A DNA stretch of 64,000 nt from Corallochytrium limacisporum Hawaii. Taxonomy: Eukaryota; Protista; Pluriformea. A model generated the notes under the pieces. The model had not been told where the DNA came from and made no database searches. It saw only the letters and a list, made by a program, of their open reading frames with translations. Positions 32,001 through 41,712 of the stretch are shown piece after piece (within the stretch, counting starts at the first letter, position 1; each line of letters opens with the position of its first letter). Position numbers and translations under genes: made by a program. Location of the stretch: NCBI GenBank assembly GCA_002811645.1, contig PDIP01000052.1:107698-171697 (forward strand). Reading direction: 5' to 3'.

Positions 32001-35000
32001 CTGGATCGTCTCCCGGGGTTTATTTCGCTCGCATTCGGCATAACCGTACCTTGCATAAGCTCAGCGTTATTAAGGCTGAGGTACTCACCTAGGGCCGCCA
32101 CTTCGTGGCGCTGCGGAAGGCGCCTCAGAGCAACACTCAGGCGGCCGCGCTTGAGTCCCCTCTGGTCAAAGATCGGTGTCTGAACAACGAAACCTGGCAG
32201 CGTGAACATCAATGGTCTGAGGTAGACATGCGCAATCCCCGCCAGCGCATAGTCATGCGGTTCATGGAACGGGTTCCCCACTCGACCGTTGCTGTCTGTG
32301 TCGGGCTCGGCAGGGCCATCATCGAGGGTCAGAGAGCTCGCTTCCGGTTCGTCCGGCCTCGTGCCGGTCTCTTGATACTCTTCGTAGATCATTTGCATGT
32401 CTTCCACTCGTTCCTGGAACTTGTCCAGAGACAAGACGTGCATCGCATTCTCGCGGCCATCTATAACCTCCACCACTATCTCTCCTTCCTGGTAGTCCTC
32501 ATGGTAGAAGTACTTGTGGTCGCCGTCCACGGCCGTGAGAGCAAGGTCACCTGCTTTCTGTAGTACCTCAGAATGCAGTTGAATCTTCGCATGGAAGGTG
32601 ACCTTTTCATGAAGGGCTTCCGCAATGGCGTTCGCAGTACGTATTTTGGGCATTACTACGAGCAAGTCTTGAAGCAGGCGCTGTCGTTCGCGGGCACGCC
32701 AGCGCATCAAAGCTTGCGCTTCTTCATGGGCCGGGTCAAGAAGTTTGCGCTGATGTTCCTCTTCCAAATTGTTCAACTTTTGCTGATACTCATTCGCCAC
32801 CTCCCGAGTTGCTGATTCCCGAGCTTCTTTGATCCGTGCCTCATACTCTGCACGAAGCGCTTCCTCATCGGCCGTAGACAACTTTGCCTTCTCAGGAGAA
32901 GTAGTATCGTTACCGACGCTTTCTTCTGTCAACTCTCGAAGGGCCACATCTTCGTCGTTGTAAATGAGTTCACGCTGGGCCTGAGCCCATAAACTGCCGC
33001 GCACTCCGCCGATTTCTTGGCCACCTGGTCTCGGACATTGAGGTGCGTGCATGCGGTATAAATGGTTGTTGCCAAATAGAATACGGTCCCGGTGGTAAAT
33101 CTGCTCTGTCATACCATCTACTACACGTTTACCGTTGATAAAGATATCGGCATCGCAGCTTGGATAGGGAGTGATGGTAATTGAACAATTGTCTTCCGCC
33201 ACGTCGATCAAGCAGTGCCGGTCCCGGATACCCAATCCATTGAATTGAATGGTGACTTGGTCAACATCTGATTCCGATATCGGCTTGTTCTGGTTGGGGT
33301 TGTCGCTCACCTGTGGCAAGTCTTCTCCTGGTACCATCTTGCCGACCACATTCGAATAGTCCAGGTGGTATACCAGCAGCTCGTTCAGAGCAGGATCCTC
33401 ATTCAAATTGATCAGGTATGGCTTATTCTGATCCAGTCCAATACCCCTTTGATCTGCCGCCAAGGTGATCCCAATGCGATTCAATTGTCGATTGTACTTG
33501 TTTAAATGTTCTTGTGACTCCTTAACCTTCTCTTCCCATGGCTTACGAAGTTTTTCAATAAGAGACTCTGACTCCTCGAGTTTAGCACGCAGTTTGGCGG
33601 CCTCATCTCCACCCTTGCTTTTGGTTGCAGTACTGTTATGTCCGTCACCAGCTGCAAGCCTAGCCTTGAGTTCTGCAAGTTCGTTTTTCAATTCCCGAAT
33701 TATCCGTTGCTGCGGATCTTCATTGATTACAGCATGGTTGATAATCTTCTTCACGCTCTCGGCGTAGCGCAGGGTGCTCAGTGTTTCCTCTGCGTGCAGT
33801 GCGTTGGGAGTGATTGCGGCAACCATAATGGTCTTGGAATTGCCTCCCAAACTGTCTTTCAGTAACCACGTCAGCGTACTGTTTCGATACGGAATATGTC
33901 TTGTTCCATCAGTTTTCGAGGGACCCTCGGCCAGCCGATTGATCACCAGACCCAGAGTACTCAGGCTCTTGTTGATGTTACCACTCTCCTTGAGCCGGAC
34001 ACCCTCAGCTCCTGTCTTGCTCACCCGCTCACTACCAGCCAGGTCAACCAGACTGACACGTGAAGAGCGGATCATTGTGAGGTCTTTGCCCTCGCGTCGA
34101 ACACTAGCAGATTCTGAAGGTATTTCCCCGGCATCATCGTCTACCTTGCTAATGGCCTTCAGTGGAGACTTTGACAGAGATCCGTTGGCGGGTTCTGCGC
34201 GCTCCTTCCGAGTGGTAGTTCGGCGCTCCACATTGAGCATGAAGATAGCATGACTGCGACTACTCCGCGCATTCATGTTTGTGGCAGCCACCATCCGTGC
34301 CCGATTGCCGTTTGCTATCGTCTGCTCTATCTCCTCTAGGGTAGTGACAGCAAGAGATGTCAGGCCCTCTACGTACGGACCGATACGGTAATGTTCTCGA
34401 ATACGCAGCGGTTTGGCACTGTGCGGTTTGGCATCTGCAATACCTATCGACTGCCCCGATTTGTTCTCACTTCTGTTCTTGGTCGGAGTTGGACTGGCCG
34501 AAGTACCTCCAGCGTCCTGGGCTAACAAATCTCGCACCTTTTCATTGTAGATCTCCAAGTAGCTTACCTCAACGTGGTACTTAGTCTGCGATATGTCTCC
34601 GGTGGCAAGATCTTCCACAGATCCCTTCGCCTCATCAGCTGCGATCCGGTCAAAAAGCCCCTTAGTCAATCGTGGGATGATACCTGGTTGCTCTGCTGTA
34701 CCAAGCATGGTATGTGTTTTTCCTGCCCCTGTCTGTCCGTAAGCAAAGATACAGTTGTTGTAGCCAGCGACGCAATGGTCAATCACCGGCTTCGCCACGG
34801 TCTCATAGACCAATTCTTGAGTAGTTTCTGGTCCGAACACATGGTCGTAGTTGAATTTCTTCACATCCTGCCTATGGCTGTCTGTGGCTTGGCCATGGAC
34901 CGTGTAGTGCGCACATCTGGCCACAGCAGAGTCCCCATCACAACCGACTGCTTCCACAACATTGGCTCGCTTTGACCGCCTTTCGGAATCGTTGTTTGGA

Positions 35001-35077
35001 CGTATACGCAACGCAACTTTGATCACCTCATCAGACCCTTCACCAGACGCTTTGACGCACTCTGTTTCTGAAACCAT
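29003..35077 (-). CDS. Kinesin-3 motor, KIF13-like
   Basis: GQTGAGKT, NARSSRSH and DLAGSER motifs; neck followed by YLINLNEDPALNELLVY (KIF13-type) and an FHA domain; C-terminal VERLRQNLALE helix; no CAP-Gly seen; 2024 aa uninterrupted. Confidence 0.92.
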   Translation of the reverse strand: MVSETECVKASGEGSDEVIKVALRIRPNNDSERRSKRANVVEAVGCDGDSAVARCAHYTVHGQATDSHRQDVKKFNYDHVFGPETTQELVYETVAKPVIDHCVAGYNNCIFAYGQTGAGKTHTMLGTAEQPGIIPRLTKGLFDRIAADEAKGSVEDLATGDISQTKYHVEVSYLEIYNEKVRDLLAQDAGGTSASPTPTKNRSENKSGQSIGIADAKPHSAKPLRIREHYRIGPYVEGLTSLAVTTLEEIEQTIANGNRARMVAATNMNARSSRSHAIFMLNVERRTTTRKERAEPANGSLSKSPLKAISKVDDDAGEIPSESASVRREGKDLTMIRSSRVSLVDLAGSERVSKTGAEGVRLKESGNINKSLSTLGLVINRLAEGPSKTDGTRHIPYRNSTLTWLLKDSLGGNSKTIMVAAITPNALHAEETLSTLRYAESVKKIINHAVINEDPQQRIIRELKNELAELKARLAAGDGHNSTATKSKGGDEAAKLRAKLEESESLIEKLRKPWEEKVKESQEHLNKYNRQLNRIGITLAADQRGIGLDQNKPYLINLNEDPALNELLVYHLDYSNVVGKMVPGEDLPQVSDNPNQNKPISESDVDQVTIQFNGLGIRDRHCLIDVAEDNCSITITPYPSCDADIFINGKRVVDGMTEQIYHRDRILFGNNHLYRMHAPQCPRPGGQEIGGVRGSLWAQAQRELIYNDEDVALRELTEESVGNDTTSPEKAKLSTADEEALRAEYEARIKEARESATREVANEYQQKLNNLEEEHQRKLLDPAHEEAQALMRWRARERQRLLQDLLVVMPKIRTANAIAEALHEKVTFHAKIQLHSEVLQKAGDLALTAVDGDHKYFYHEDYQEGEIVVEVIDGRENAMHVLSLDKFQERVEDMQMIYEEYQETGTRPDEPEASSLTLDDGPAEPDTDSNGRVGNPFHEPHDYALAGIAHVYLRPLMFTLPGFVVQTPIFDQRGLKRGRLSVALRRLPQRHEVAALGEYLSLNNAELMQGTVMPNASEINPGRRSSFTDVDLKNGRKSPTKALQNNNRTATPDAGRYQPSKATPCPQSSNGMLHHTHGSGLHNHSPPKDVLFARGVKQASVDRARTAIVRETEAGDSERYEIILGVAEGLSGNNTDFVFAKYHFWQQEEIRVPEERPDRMTDSMEQSDDPSTYVENLGDSFQQLEGSLQDETETIRFNSRKVFAVDPVDDMFLQYLSNGALAIELWGHNVRLAMRGLSPRGGDDGPVAVTAGNSHNRTVASASNSPFLDDTQGLTPRGMANQQRWLALFRQPTGSGPGAHLAVPRTILRSLRELPLHCLTVDNESMARLGKFTDAIRGFWGVGLQFSVLEPNEDGIFVPLPIRAPPRKPPRSLAGAIAWTLEGHGLGPMTTQERWNFGSETDTVSLHAGGVIAARQGSVRRLSVYVSRLDMAYAAHKSHGLRGEHSHLNHMTGGGGVNLAKLQLEAIEEVALVNVTEVALDAQAPQDSRSLAIDRDIALLELRKRAVDERIRQLQELLGRRNDITKADDSIVPPQSSVKNLSHLEIDHGGDAMPTERLGRRQDRLIRESMSLLLQRDGLMQDRGNDTGDLASNTNINNDNNSLGLGRDPPLVQVPTMVAVGTDADQSMHSASLTISAVAEIIERLPPEERSLWSSSDIAIEERLSYPAGHGNADTAALNPESAEAATAVIDVDDRDVLDSTIFNATSSTAIAQGIGHSVGRMAAPRDGSPERVPMTHGASSAADTSGPSTAGAPEQFSTVQILPILIRDIIGDAGSAVSAMCSWDFGQLQDPRLHRVTAPGHVLRFALAVKVRVVGVVDPIVVEKFLDLRLVPWQLMPPTGVTAPAASTGGPATPASTPMDQHRRAGSESTFGSWMRSMMVGRQVYGTPDAAGVSTPLRGTGAERLTKDQTGCGDGSVAFATGALYAVDSTLLYAATDKDDSISGGSKTNIENLKLKSPVTSSPSTPTHCRSRRAQNAAGKAIEARALLDYEAAVESLKATMTVERLRQNLALERSLGSVMPQP

Positions 35078-35544
35078 GGTTGTTCAAAGAAACAACTTTC
35101 GTAGAAGACAGAATTCTATACGATCGAGATCTGCTGATCTTCGGTAGCGAAGCGGAACCACATGATACGATCCCGGCCCAGTCACACTTGTGACCGTTTT
35201 GCCTTTGATCTATTTGACTTTGGAATCCCCTGATAAACAGGTCTAACCTGGTAAGGTCAATACACGCGATTGAATACCTTGTGATTGATGGTCCACGGGG
35301 GTCTGGGGCCCGATGTCAAATTCGCGGTCAAACACGGGAATCGCCCTCTCCCAAAAATGTGACAAGAGGAAAACGTCAGGGAGCAAATAGGCCCCTGAAT
35401 TGACTGGCAAGTTCACCAACCTTCGTGACCAGAGCTGCCGATCGCATCCAGTATACGAGAGAAAGAGGAAACAGTCGCGGGCATGGATACCACATGAGCA
35501 GGCTTCACAATGTGTTTCTTTTTTATTACGTTACCGGATTCTAC

Positions 35545-37302
35545 TCAGTATTCCTCGGCGGCCTGTGCCGTTCTATAGTACTTGCCAGCGTACTCTTTGC
35601 GCGTCAGCCCCTCACGTTCCATACGGCGAGCCTCTTCGGCTAACATCTGCCCATACTCACTCTCACGTAGAGCACGGAACTCAAGCGTAGCACGCTCTTC
35701 CTCTGCCCGCCGGAGGCCAAGACGTTCCCGTTCCGAAACCTGCTCATTGAGGGCTTCGAGCTGTGCACGACGTTTTCGCTCCTTCGCCTCAGCCTCCGCA
35801 GAATTCTGTCGCTGTATCCATTCCAGGGCCTGCAGCAAGCGATCGCGCTCGGCGAGATTCTGCTCGCGTTCTCCTCGGATGCGGTCTAGGCGCTCCTGCA
35901 GCTGCACCTTCCAACCCTCAACGACTTCGACCATAAGCCGCTGGCGGGCAGCCTCTTCCTTTTCCCATTCCGCAGCCCTTTCGGCCCATACGCGCTCCGC
36001 TTCCCGCTGGAGCATGGCCTCCACGGCCTGCTCGCGCTGTTGTTCGTGCTCCTTTACTCGGTCGAGATAGTCGAGATACTCTTCCATTTCGGCCTTTCGG
36101 CGGGCAGCGTCTTCCTGCACCACATCGGCGCCCTGCACATCTGCCTTCATGAGCTGTCGGAGCATGGCAGAGTCCTCCTCGATGGCCTTTCTTACGCTTT
36201 CGGCTCGTTGCAGCATAGCAGCACGGGTCTGGCGCTCGAGTATTTGGGCTTCATGGCGCTCTCTTTGCCTTCGGGTACTTTGTTGGCGCTTGAACTCAAC
36301 TTCAGCAAACTCCATGCGCTCACGCTCTAGCTTCTCCTGCTCTTGCGCCAATGCCCGGGCTTCGTTGTTGGCGAGCCGCAGAGTCTCCAGTTGGGTCTGC
36401 AGCTCACCGGCATACGCCGCCTTTTCAGCCCGTTCTTTGCGTTCTCGCTCCGTCTCCTCCGCAACGAGGAGCTCATGGGCAATGGCAAGTCGTTTCGCAG
36501 CGGCATCTTTTTCCAGCACGAGTTCTACTGCCGCTGCCTCGTGTTCGTGCTTCTGCGCCGCTAAATTCTGAGTCTGCCTGTCCCGGAGAACGCGCGCTTC
36601 TGCAGCCTTTAATTCCGGAGCATTGCGTACCATCGCTTGCTTCATGCCAATGTAGGCATTGTGCGCACGTTGCTGTTCCCGCTGGCGGCGTAAGGTCGAT
36701 GTCCGACTGCGCAGATCTGCCAAAAGCGCAGCGCCAGACACTTTGCTTCGGTGCACTGTTGCAAGTTCGTGGCTAAGTGCTGTTTCTTCTCTGGCCAGGA
36801 GCCGCGCCAGTTCCATCCGCCGGCCTTCGAGCCATTCTTTACGCTGAGATTCAAGAGCCTGACGGTCAGTGTAAGCGGCACCCAAGTGATCGGCTCGTTG
36901 TCTCTGGCTGCGGTACGACGCAGAGGCGCTGCCAGGAGGGCGAAATTCCGGCAAGGGATCACCGTTCTGCGGTGACTGGTAGGATGTTACATCATGGGCC
37001 GGAACGTAGCCAGCATATGGCTGTGGTGATCGTGAATCCAATCTTGCGGTCTGTGCCTGTGATTCAGGCTGTGTGTGATATGCGTACGGACTTGATCTGT
37101 ACAGGTGGTCTGTGTGTGGTGTAGGCCGCTGAAGCGTTGTGCTTTGTGTGTTTTTTGGCCGGGAGTACTGGTAAAAATCTCCGTACCTAGACGAAGTAGA
37201 TTGCGCGGGGAAGTACGCACTGCTGGGCCGAAACGATCCCCGATCGGTCTGCCTGTATGAATTTGCTCCGACCATAACCGGTCGCATAGTTGGTAATGCC
37301 AT
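35545..37302 (-). CDS. TCHP: Trichoplein-like (TPH-domain) centriolar coiled-coil protein
   Basis: RRMELARLLAREE, NAPELK and MLQREAERVWAERAAEWEKEEAARQRLMVEV match remembered TCHP motifs; long E/R/Q coiled coil. Confidence 0.75.
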   Translation of the reverse strand: MALPTMRPVMVGANSYRQTDRGSFRPSSAYFPAQSTSSRYGDFYQYSRPKNTQSTTLQRPTPHTDHLYRSSPYAYHTQPESQAQTARLDSRSPQPYAGYVPAHDVTSYQSPQNGDPLPEFRPPGSASASYRSQRQRADHLGAAYTDRQALESQRKEWLEGRRMELARLLAREETALSHELATVHRSKVSGAALLADLRSRTSTLRRQREQQRAHNAYIGMKQAMVRNAPELKAAEARVLRDRQTQNLAAQKHEHEAAAVELVLEKDAAAKRLAIAHELLVAEETERERKERAEKAAYAGELQTQLETLRLANNEARALAQEQEKLERERMEFAEVEFKRQQSTRRQRERHEAQILERQTRAAMLQRAESVRKAIEEDSAMLRQLMKADVQGADVVQEDAARRKAEMEEYLDYLDRVKEHEQQREQAVEAMLQREAERVWAERAAEWEKEEAARQRLMVEVVEGWKVQLQERLDRIRGEREQNLAERDRLLQALEWIQRQNSAEAEAKERKRRAQLEALNEQVSERERLGLRRAEEERATLEFRALRESEYGQMLAEEARRMEREGLTRKEYAGKYYRTAQAAEEY

Positions 37303-38053
37303 CGTAAGAACTTTCTGTGTCCCAGCGCCACAAGTTCGAAGGATGATGCAAGGCGCTAAGACATCAACAGGGCCACCGGTTCTTCTTACACCCCACCGTG
37401 CGCTTCAAAGTCTCATCAATCCGAAAAGTAGGTGGCTGAGACTTGCAACAAGAAAGCCACAGAGACGGTTCGGACGGGCTGGGTAATCGAGACCCCGGTC
37501 CCCCCCCGGGAGGGGAAGCGAGCCTACCAACCGTCCGCAAACTTTTTTCTCTGGTCCGGTGGGGGTGGGGGAACCACCCATCGCACCCTTCCGTTTGCGT
37601 TCGGACCCTTGGCGCCAAAATCCGTGTGCAGTAATTTCACTACCACATTTTTTCGCGCTTGTGTGTGGGGTCGATGTCTGCCTCACACTCAAACTTTGGA
37701 AGGGCTCCTTATCGCCGTCGCCGTCGAGGGAGCCAGTCTGGGGAGGAAAAGTGGGTCCCGAGAGGCACGAGTGCCTGCAGATGGCCTGGCTGGTGATTTG
37801 GGTCCGGCAGGCACCCAAATCCCCCAGCTTCGAACACAAAGGGTCCTTCAATTACCCCGTTTTGTCATTACCTTTAGCACTTGTGATTGTGAGATCAGAA
37901 GGTTGTACAAGACCGTAGTCACTTAGACTATGTGAACATTACACCGTCGTCAGGTTGTGAATATATGCTGTGTTGCAGCCAAGTTAGCTTTGAAGGGATG
38001 TAATCAGTTTTGAGGAAGCGGTATCCAAACTGAGATTTCTTTGGCCTGGGACG

Positions 38054-39766
38054 ATGGCTTTTGCTAGTCCGATCCGTAGCCATCCGGCACCGGAACCTTT
38101 CCCAGCTCGGCCCGGGGTATTGAACTACGAAGACCTTGCTGCAGATAGTATTATAGAAGCGCAAACGAAACGAGAGCTCCAGGAACAGTTTGCACGCGTA
38201 ACGGGCCACTTGACCGATGAGGCCACGCCACTACCTCCCGTACAACCGACACCTGCACCAGCAGATTTTCACAGTTCAAGTGGAATCCAGCCGCGGCACA
38301 ACTTTCCTACGCCTGCAGCACCGCCGCGAAGGCCCGCGGAACAGCACTCACCAGCCGCCAGTATGGGACTAGCGTTTGGCTCCAGCGTTACGGATTCTGC
38401 ATTTGTCCACGTCAACGAGGTTGAACGGGGTTTAGATGGCAGCAGAGGACCACAGAGTCATAGATCCTTGCAGGCATCTTCGCCACCAGAACCCATTCAG
38501 ACCGAAAGCAGTACTGCGCCGCCACCGGTTACGTCTACAGTGGTTCGCCGAACCTACAAGACCAAGACCGATCCCCGCAGCGGCAGCAGCGCAATAGAAT
38601 TCTCTGTCGAAAGGCATGCACCGGGTGTGATGGTTCCTCCAGTTCCGGAACCCCAACCTAAGCCCACACCGGTACCTAATTCACCGCCGAGGACTGTGAC
38701 CAAAGGCCCCATGACCGAAGAACCTCCGCGGATAGTTCCGGCGCCAATGCCTCGCCGGCCTGTAGTACAGAGCATGAAATTCTTACTCGAAAAAATGCGA
38801 AGCCTACAGCAGGCACAAGAATATCACCGTGCCAGGGCAGGTGGTGACAGCACCGAATTCATTGAGGGTGTTACCCAAGTGATAGGTACCCGGGCCACTG
38901 ATGGCACCGCGAATGTCAACAATACCACCACTATGGGAGCCCTGTCCATGACAGACCTGCAGCCGAACACTACCACTATCGCGGCCACGGGCGTGTCTTC
39001 ACCCCGAAGGAGGGCCAAAAAGTCGTCTCGTTACTCAAACCTTGTGTCTCTGCAAGATTTTGAACTTTCGACTAACATGGCGAGTTCATCGGCGTCCCAT
39101 AAGAGCCACAATCACACGATCAGCTATGCACAGAACGTCGACATGACCGTACACAGCGACGTCAACAAGAGCAAGACTATTCCGCTCAACAACACGCTCC
39201 CTGGTGACGATACCAACAACCTGTATATGCCAAGACCATCCAAGAGGCAGGTCATGGCCAATGCCGTGGCCATGAAGGGGCGCCGTAAGGCAGCGGTGCG
39301 TTACGCTCGACGCTATGAAGCCTCCCAACCGGCCCCCAAAATCAATGATGTCGCAGCACAAGACTTGGAATCTCTGAATTGGGTACCACACGCTAAAGGT
39401 TCGCCATACAGCCTTCTGTCCGCCGTGCAAGCCAGTCGCCATAATGCCAGTATGCCTTCATCGAAGCGGACAGGCGCCCTTGCGCGGCCTAAGTGTCCAC
39501 CACCAGCTGGTCTGGAGGCGTATCCTGCGTCGTTGAAGGACTTGCAGGTTCCCCCGCAACCTATCTCAGGTGCGGAGGCGCTCTGGGGTCATTCAGCACA
39601 GGCATTGCGGGAACGTACAGTCCACGAACTGGACAAGACAAGGCGCCGTGGAGCGGACAGCTTGGGAGGCCCTCAGACCCAGCCCCACGTCACTCCGGCA
39701 ATGCGCGACGGCTGTACGTTTGCCTTTCATGAATACCAGCGCATTCAGGGCATGCAGTATGTGTGA
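38054..39766 (+). CDS. Pro/Ser/Thr-rich largely disordered protein, tentatively PPP1R35-like
   Basis: 570-aa ORF. The short islands PVVQS..LLEKM, ATDGTANV, YSNLVSLQ and C-terminal TFAFHEYQRI recall PPP1R35 C-terminal motifs, but the match is weak. Confidence 0.6.
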   Translation: MAFASPIRSHPAPEPFPARPGVLNYEDLAADSIIEAQTKRELQEQFARVTGHLTDEATPLPPVQPTPAPADFHSSSGIQPRHNFPTPAAPPRRPAEQHSPAASMGLAFGSSVTDSAFVHVNEVERGLDGSRGPQSHRSLQASSPPEPIQTESSTAPPPVTSTVVRRTYKTKTDPRSGSSAIEFSVERHAPGVMVPPVPEPQPKPTPVPNSPPRTVTKGPMTEEPPRIVPAPMPRRPVVQSMKFLLEKMRSLQQAQEYHRARAGGDSTEFIEGVTQVIGTRATDGTANVNNTTTMGALSMTDLQPNTTTIAATGVSSPRRRAKKSSRYSNLVSLQDFELSTNMASSSASHKSHNHTISYAQNVDMTVHSDVNKSKTIPLNNTLPGDDTNNLYMPRPSKRQVMANAVAMKGRRKAAVRYARRYEASQPAPKINDVAAQDLESLNWVPHAKGSPYSLLSAVQASRHNASMPSSKRTGALARPKCPPPAGLEAYPASLKDLQVPPQPISGAEALWGHSAQALRERTVHELDKTRRRGADSLGGPQTQPHVTPAMRDGCTFAFHEYQRIQGMQYV

Positions 39767-39813
39767 AAATGAAATACATGGCTTACGCAGTAACGTTTTA
39801 GTTAAGGATAGGA

Positions 39814-40863
39814 TCAAAAGATGAGGGGAAGGAGACGTTTCCGGTTCTTCGGGTACTTGTCGCCCATCTTGTGGCGATACCAGCGCTCAGTGGCCACACT
39901 ACGTCCTCCCAGATATCCAACCATGACCAGAAATACGATGTAATTTTGGACATGACCGGAGTAAATTGCCATGCCGAGCCAGATACCCAGTTCGCACAGA
40001 TAGTGTGGGCAGCAGACGTAGTCGAAAAGACCTCCCATTGGCACAACATACTCCTTCGATACTCCGGCGTCCTTCTCAGCTGTGCCAGCAGCCTTCTTGC
40101 CCTTGGCAGGCTTCCTGCCCTTGGTCGTTGTTTTCTTGGTTTGTGATTTCCCCATAGCTTCACTCTCGTCGCCTTTAGCAGTGCGCATTTGTCTGAGGAT
40201 AATGTGGTGCCATCCATTGCCCAGGAGACCGAGACTGTATACTATCATGCCAGCAATCACGTAGAATCGGTGCTCTTCCTTCACTCCGCAGTTTGCGGAT
40301 GGCACTTGGGTGTTATTGGCAACCAACCAGAGGGTTTCAAAGCTGTACACCAAAGAAATAAAAAGGGATGTCATGAGATCGGTGTTGCCGCTGTAGACGT
40401 GAACAAACATGACCTCAATACAGCGTTTGAGGAAGTGGATGATGATCATATAGGACATCGCAGCACCACGAACCTCACAGTACCGAATATTCCCACCCAG
40501 AGATGGCCCGTTCAAAACGGTTTCCCAGGGGCTGTTATGCTCGTTAATGACATGATACATCCAGTAAGTCGAAATCATAAGAGCAGGTGTGTAAATGATC
40601 ATCATGCCCAGTTGACTAGAAACCTGTAAAATTGAGGAGCCTCTTGCGAACTTGGAGTATCCCAGCTGTACAAACCCGTACCCCTCACCCATGAAGACAA
40701 TAGGCAACAATGCAAGGCAAGAAACGGTCACGAAGGCGGTGAACGGCGAGAATTCCGGCAAAACCAAGTAGTCAAAGTATGCAACCGGGATCTCTGCCCG
40801 TATTTCATTCAACTTTTCGGCCATTTGGCCTGCAGGCCCACTGGCACTGAAGAATTCCACCAT
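39814..40863 (-). CDS. 3-oxo-5-alpha-steroid 4-dehydrogenase / enoyl-CoA reductase family membrane protein
   Basis: GYSKF, HFLKRCIEVMFVHVYSG, GNGWHHIIL and YVVPMGGLFDYVCCPHYLCE motifs. Confidence 0.92.
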   Translation of the reverse strand: MVEFFSASGPAGQMAEKLNEIRAEIPVAYFDYLVLPEFSPFTAFVTVSCLALLPIVFMGEGYGFVQLGYSKFARGSSILQVSSQLGMMIIYTPALMISTYWMYHVINEHNSPWETVLNGPSLGGNIRYCEVRGAAMSYMIIIHFLKRCIEVMFVHVYSGNTDLMTSLFISLVYSFETLWLVANNTQVPSANCGVKEEHRFYVIAGMIVYSLGLLGNGWHHIILRQMRTAKGDESEAMGKSQTKKTTTKGRKPAKGKKAAGTAEKDAGVSKEYVVPMGGLFDYVCCPHYLCELGIWLGMAIYSGHVQNYIVFLVMVGYLGGRSVATERWYRHKMGDKYPKNRKRLLPLIF

Positions 40864-41712
40864 TGTTCTTTCACTTAAAGTTCAGTGTAGCATGTGCGTG
40901 TATCTGTACGGAGAAATCCGAATGAGTGCGCAATCGACTCTTGAGCTACCATGCCATGCTCGGCATGGAACAGGCACCTGTACCGTACTTTACTCCGAGA
41001 TACCCGCTCCGCAACTACCCGCCAAAAAAAATCGGTTTCCATTTTCTGCCAGAGTGCTTGCGCTCCGGGGCCTATATTCCATTTGCTAAAAGCTACCGGC
41101 AATCGGGGGCCTAATTTTATCCCCGCGGAACTGCCGGAGGGCGGACTCTATATTTAGCGGCCATCGGGGCGGTCAGCTGAATGTCACGGGGCTTTGGGTC
41201 CCGTTTGGCGTGCCCGGTGGTTAAGGTCGAATCGGTCGGTGTGACTTTTGGGGGGTTGGGGGGGGGGAAGAGCGACAGGGAGGGAGAGGAAGGAGGAGGG
41301 AGGAGGGAGGGAGGCGCACGAACTGCGCAAGGGCATTTCACAACCCGTAGAAATCAGAAAATTGAATCTCGTTTTGTATGACGACCTAACTGATTATTTC
41401 CCGGACCACCATGTCCCTACCACCACACCCACCGCACCGGCCCCCTCCCCCCGGGGGGAGGGGGGAGAGAGAGAGAGAGCCGGTCGTTCTCTGCTTTACC
41501 CCATAGGGGTTGTTCTCTCCTCTTCCTTGAGACCTTCTTTCCCGGTTTCTCGGTATTTGAAGCATGATGACGACAGCCATCGATATTTAAGGGTTGAGCA
41601 CTGTTGCTAGTTGTTAGAGTCTTTTTAGATTCCTGTCAATCTTCTATTCGTGTGAGCAGGGGTGAAAAGGATAGTCACTCGAGTCGGTTTGGGAGGCTGT
41701 TAGCGGAGATTC

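Noticed and set aside
3398-40863. Sterol-related gene cluster (POR, ERG28, 5-alpha-reductase-like)
   Set aside because: The genes are 10-25 kb apart and separated by many unrelated genes, which is consistent with chance.
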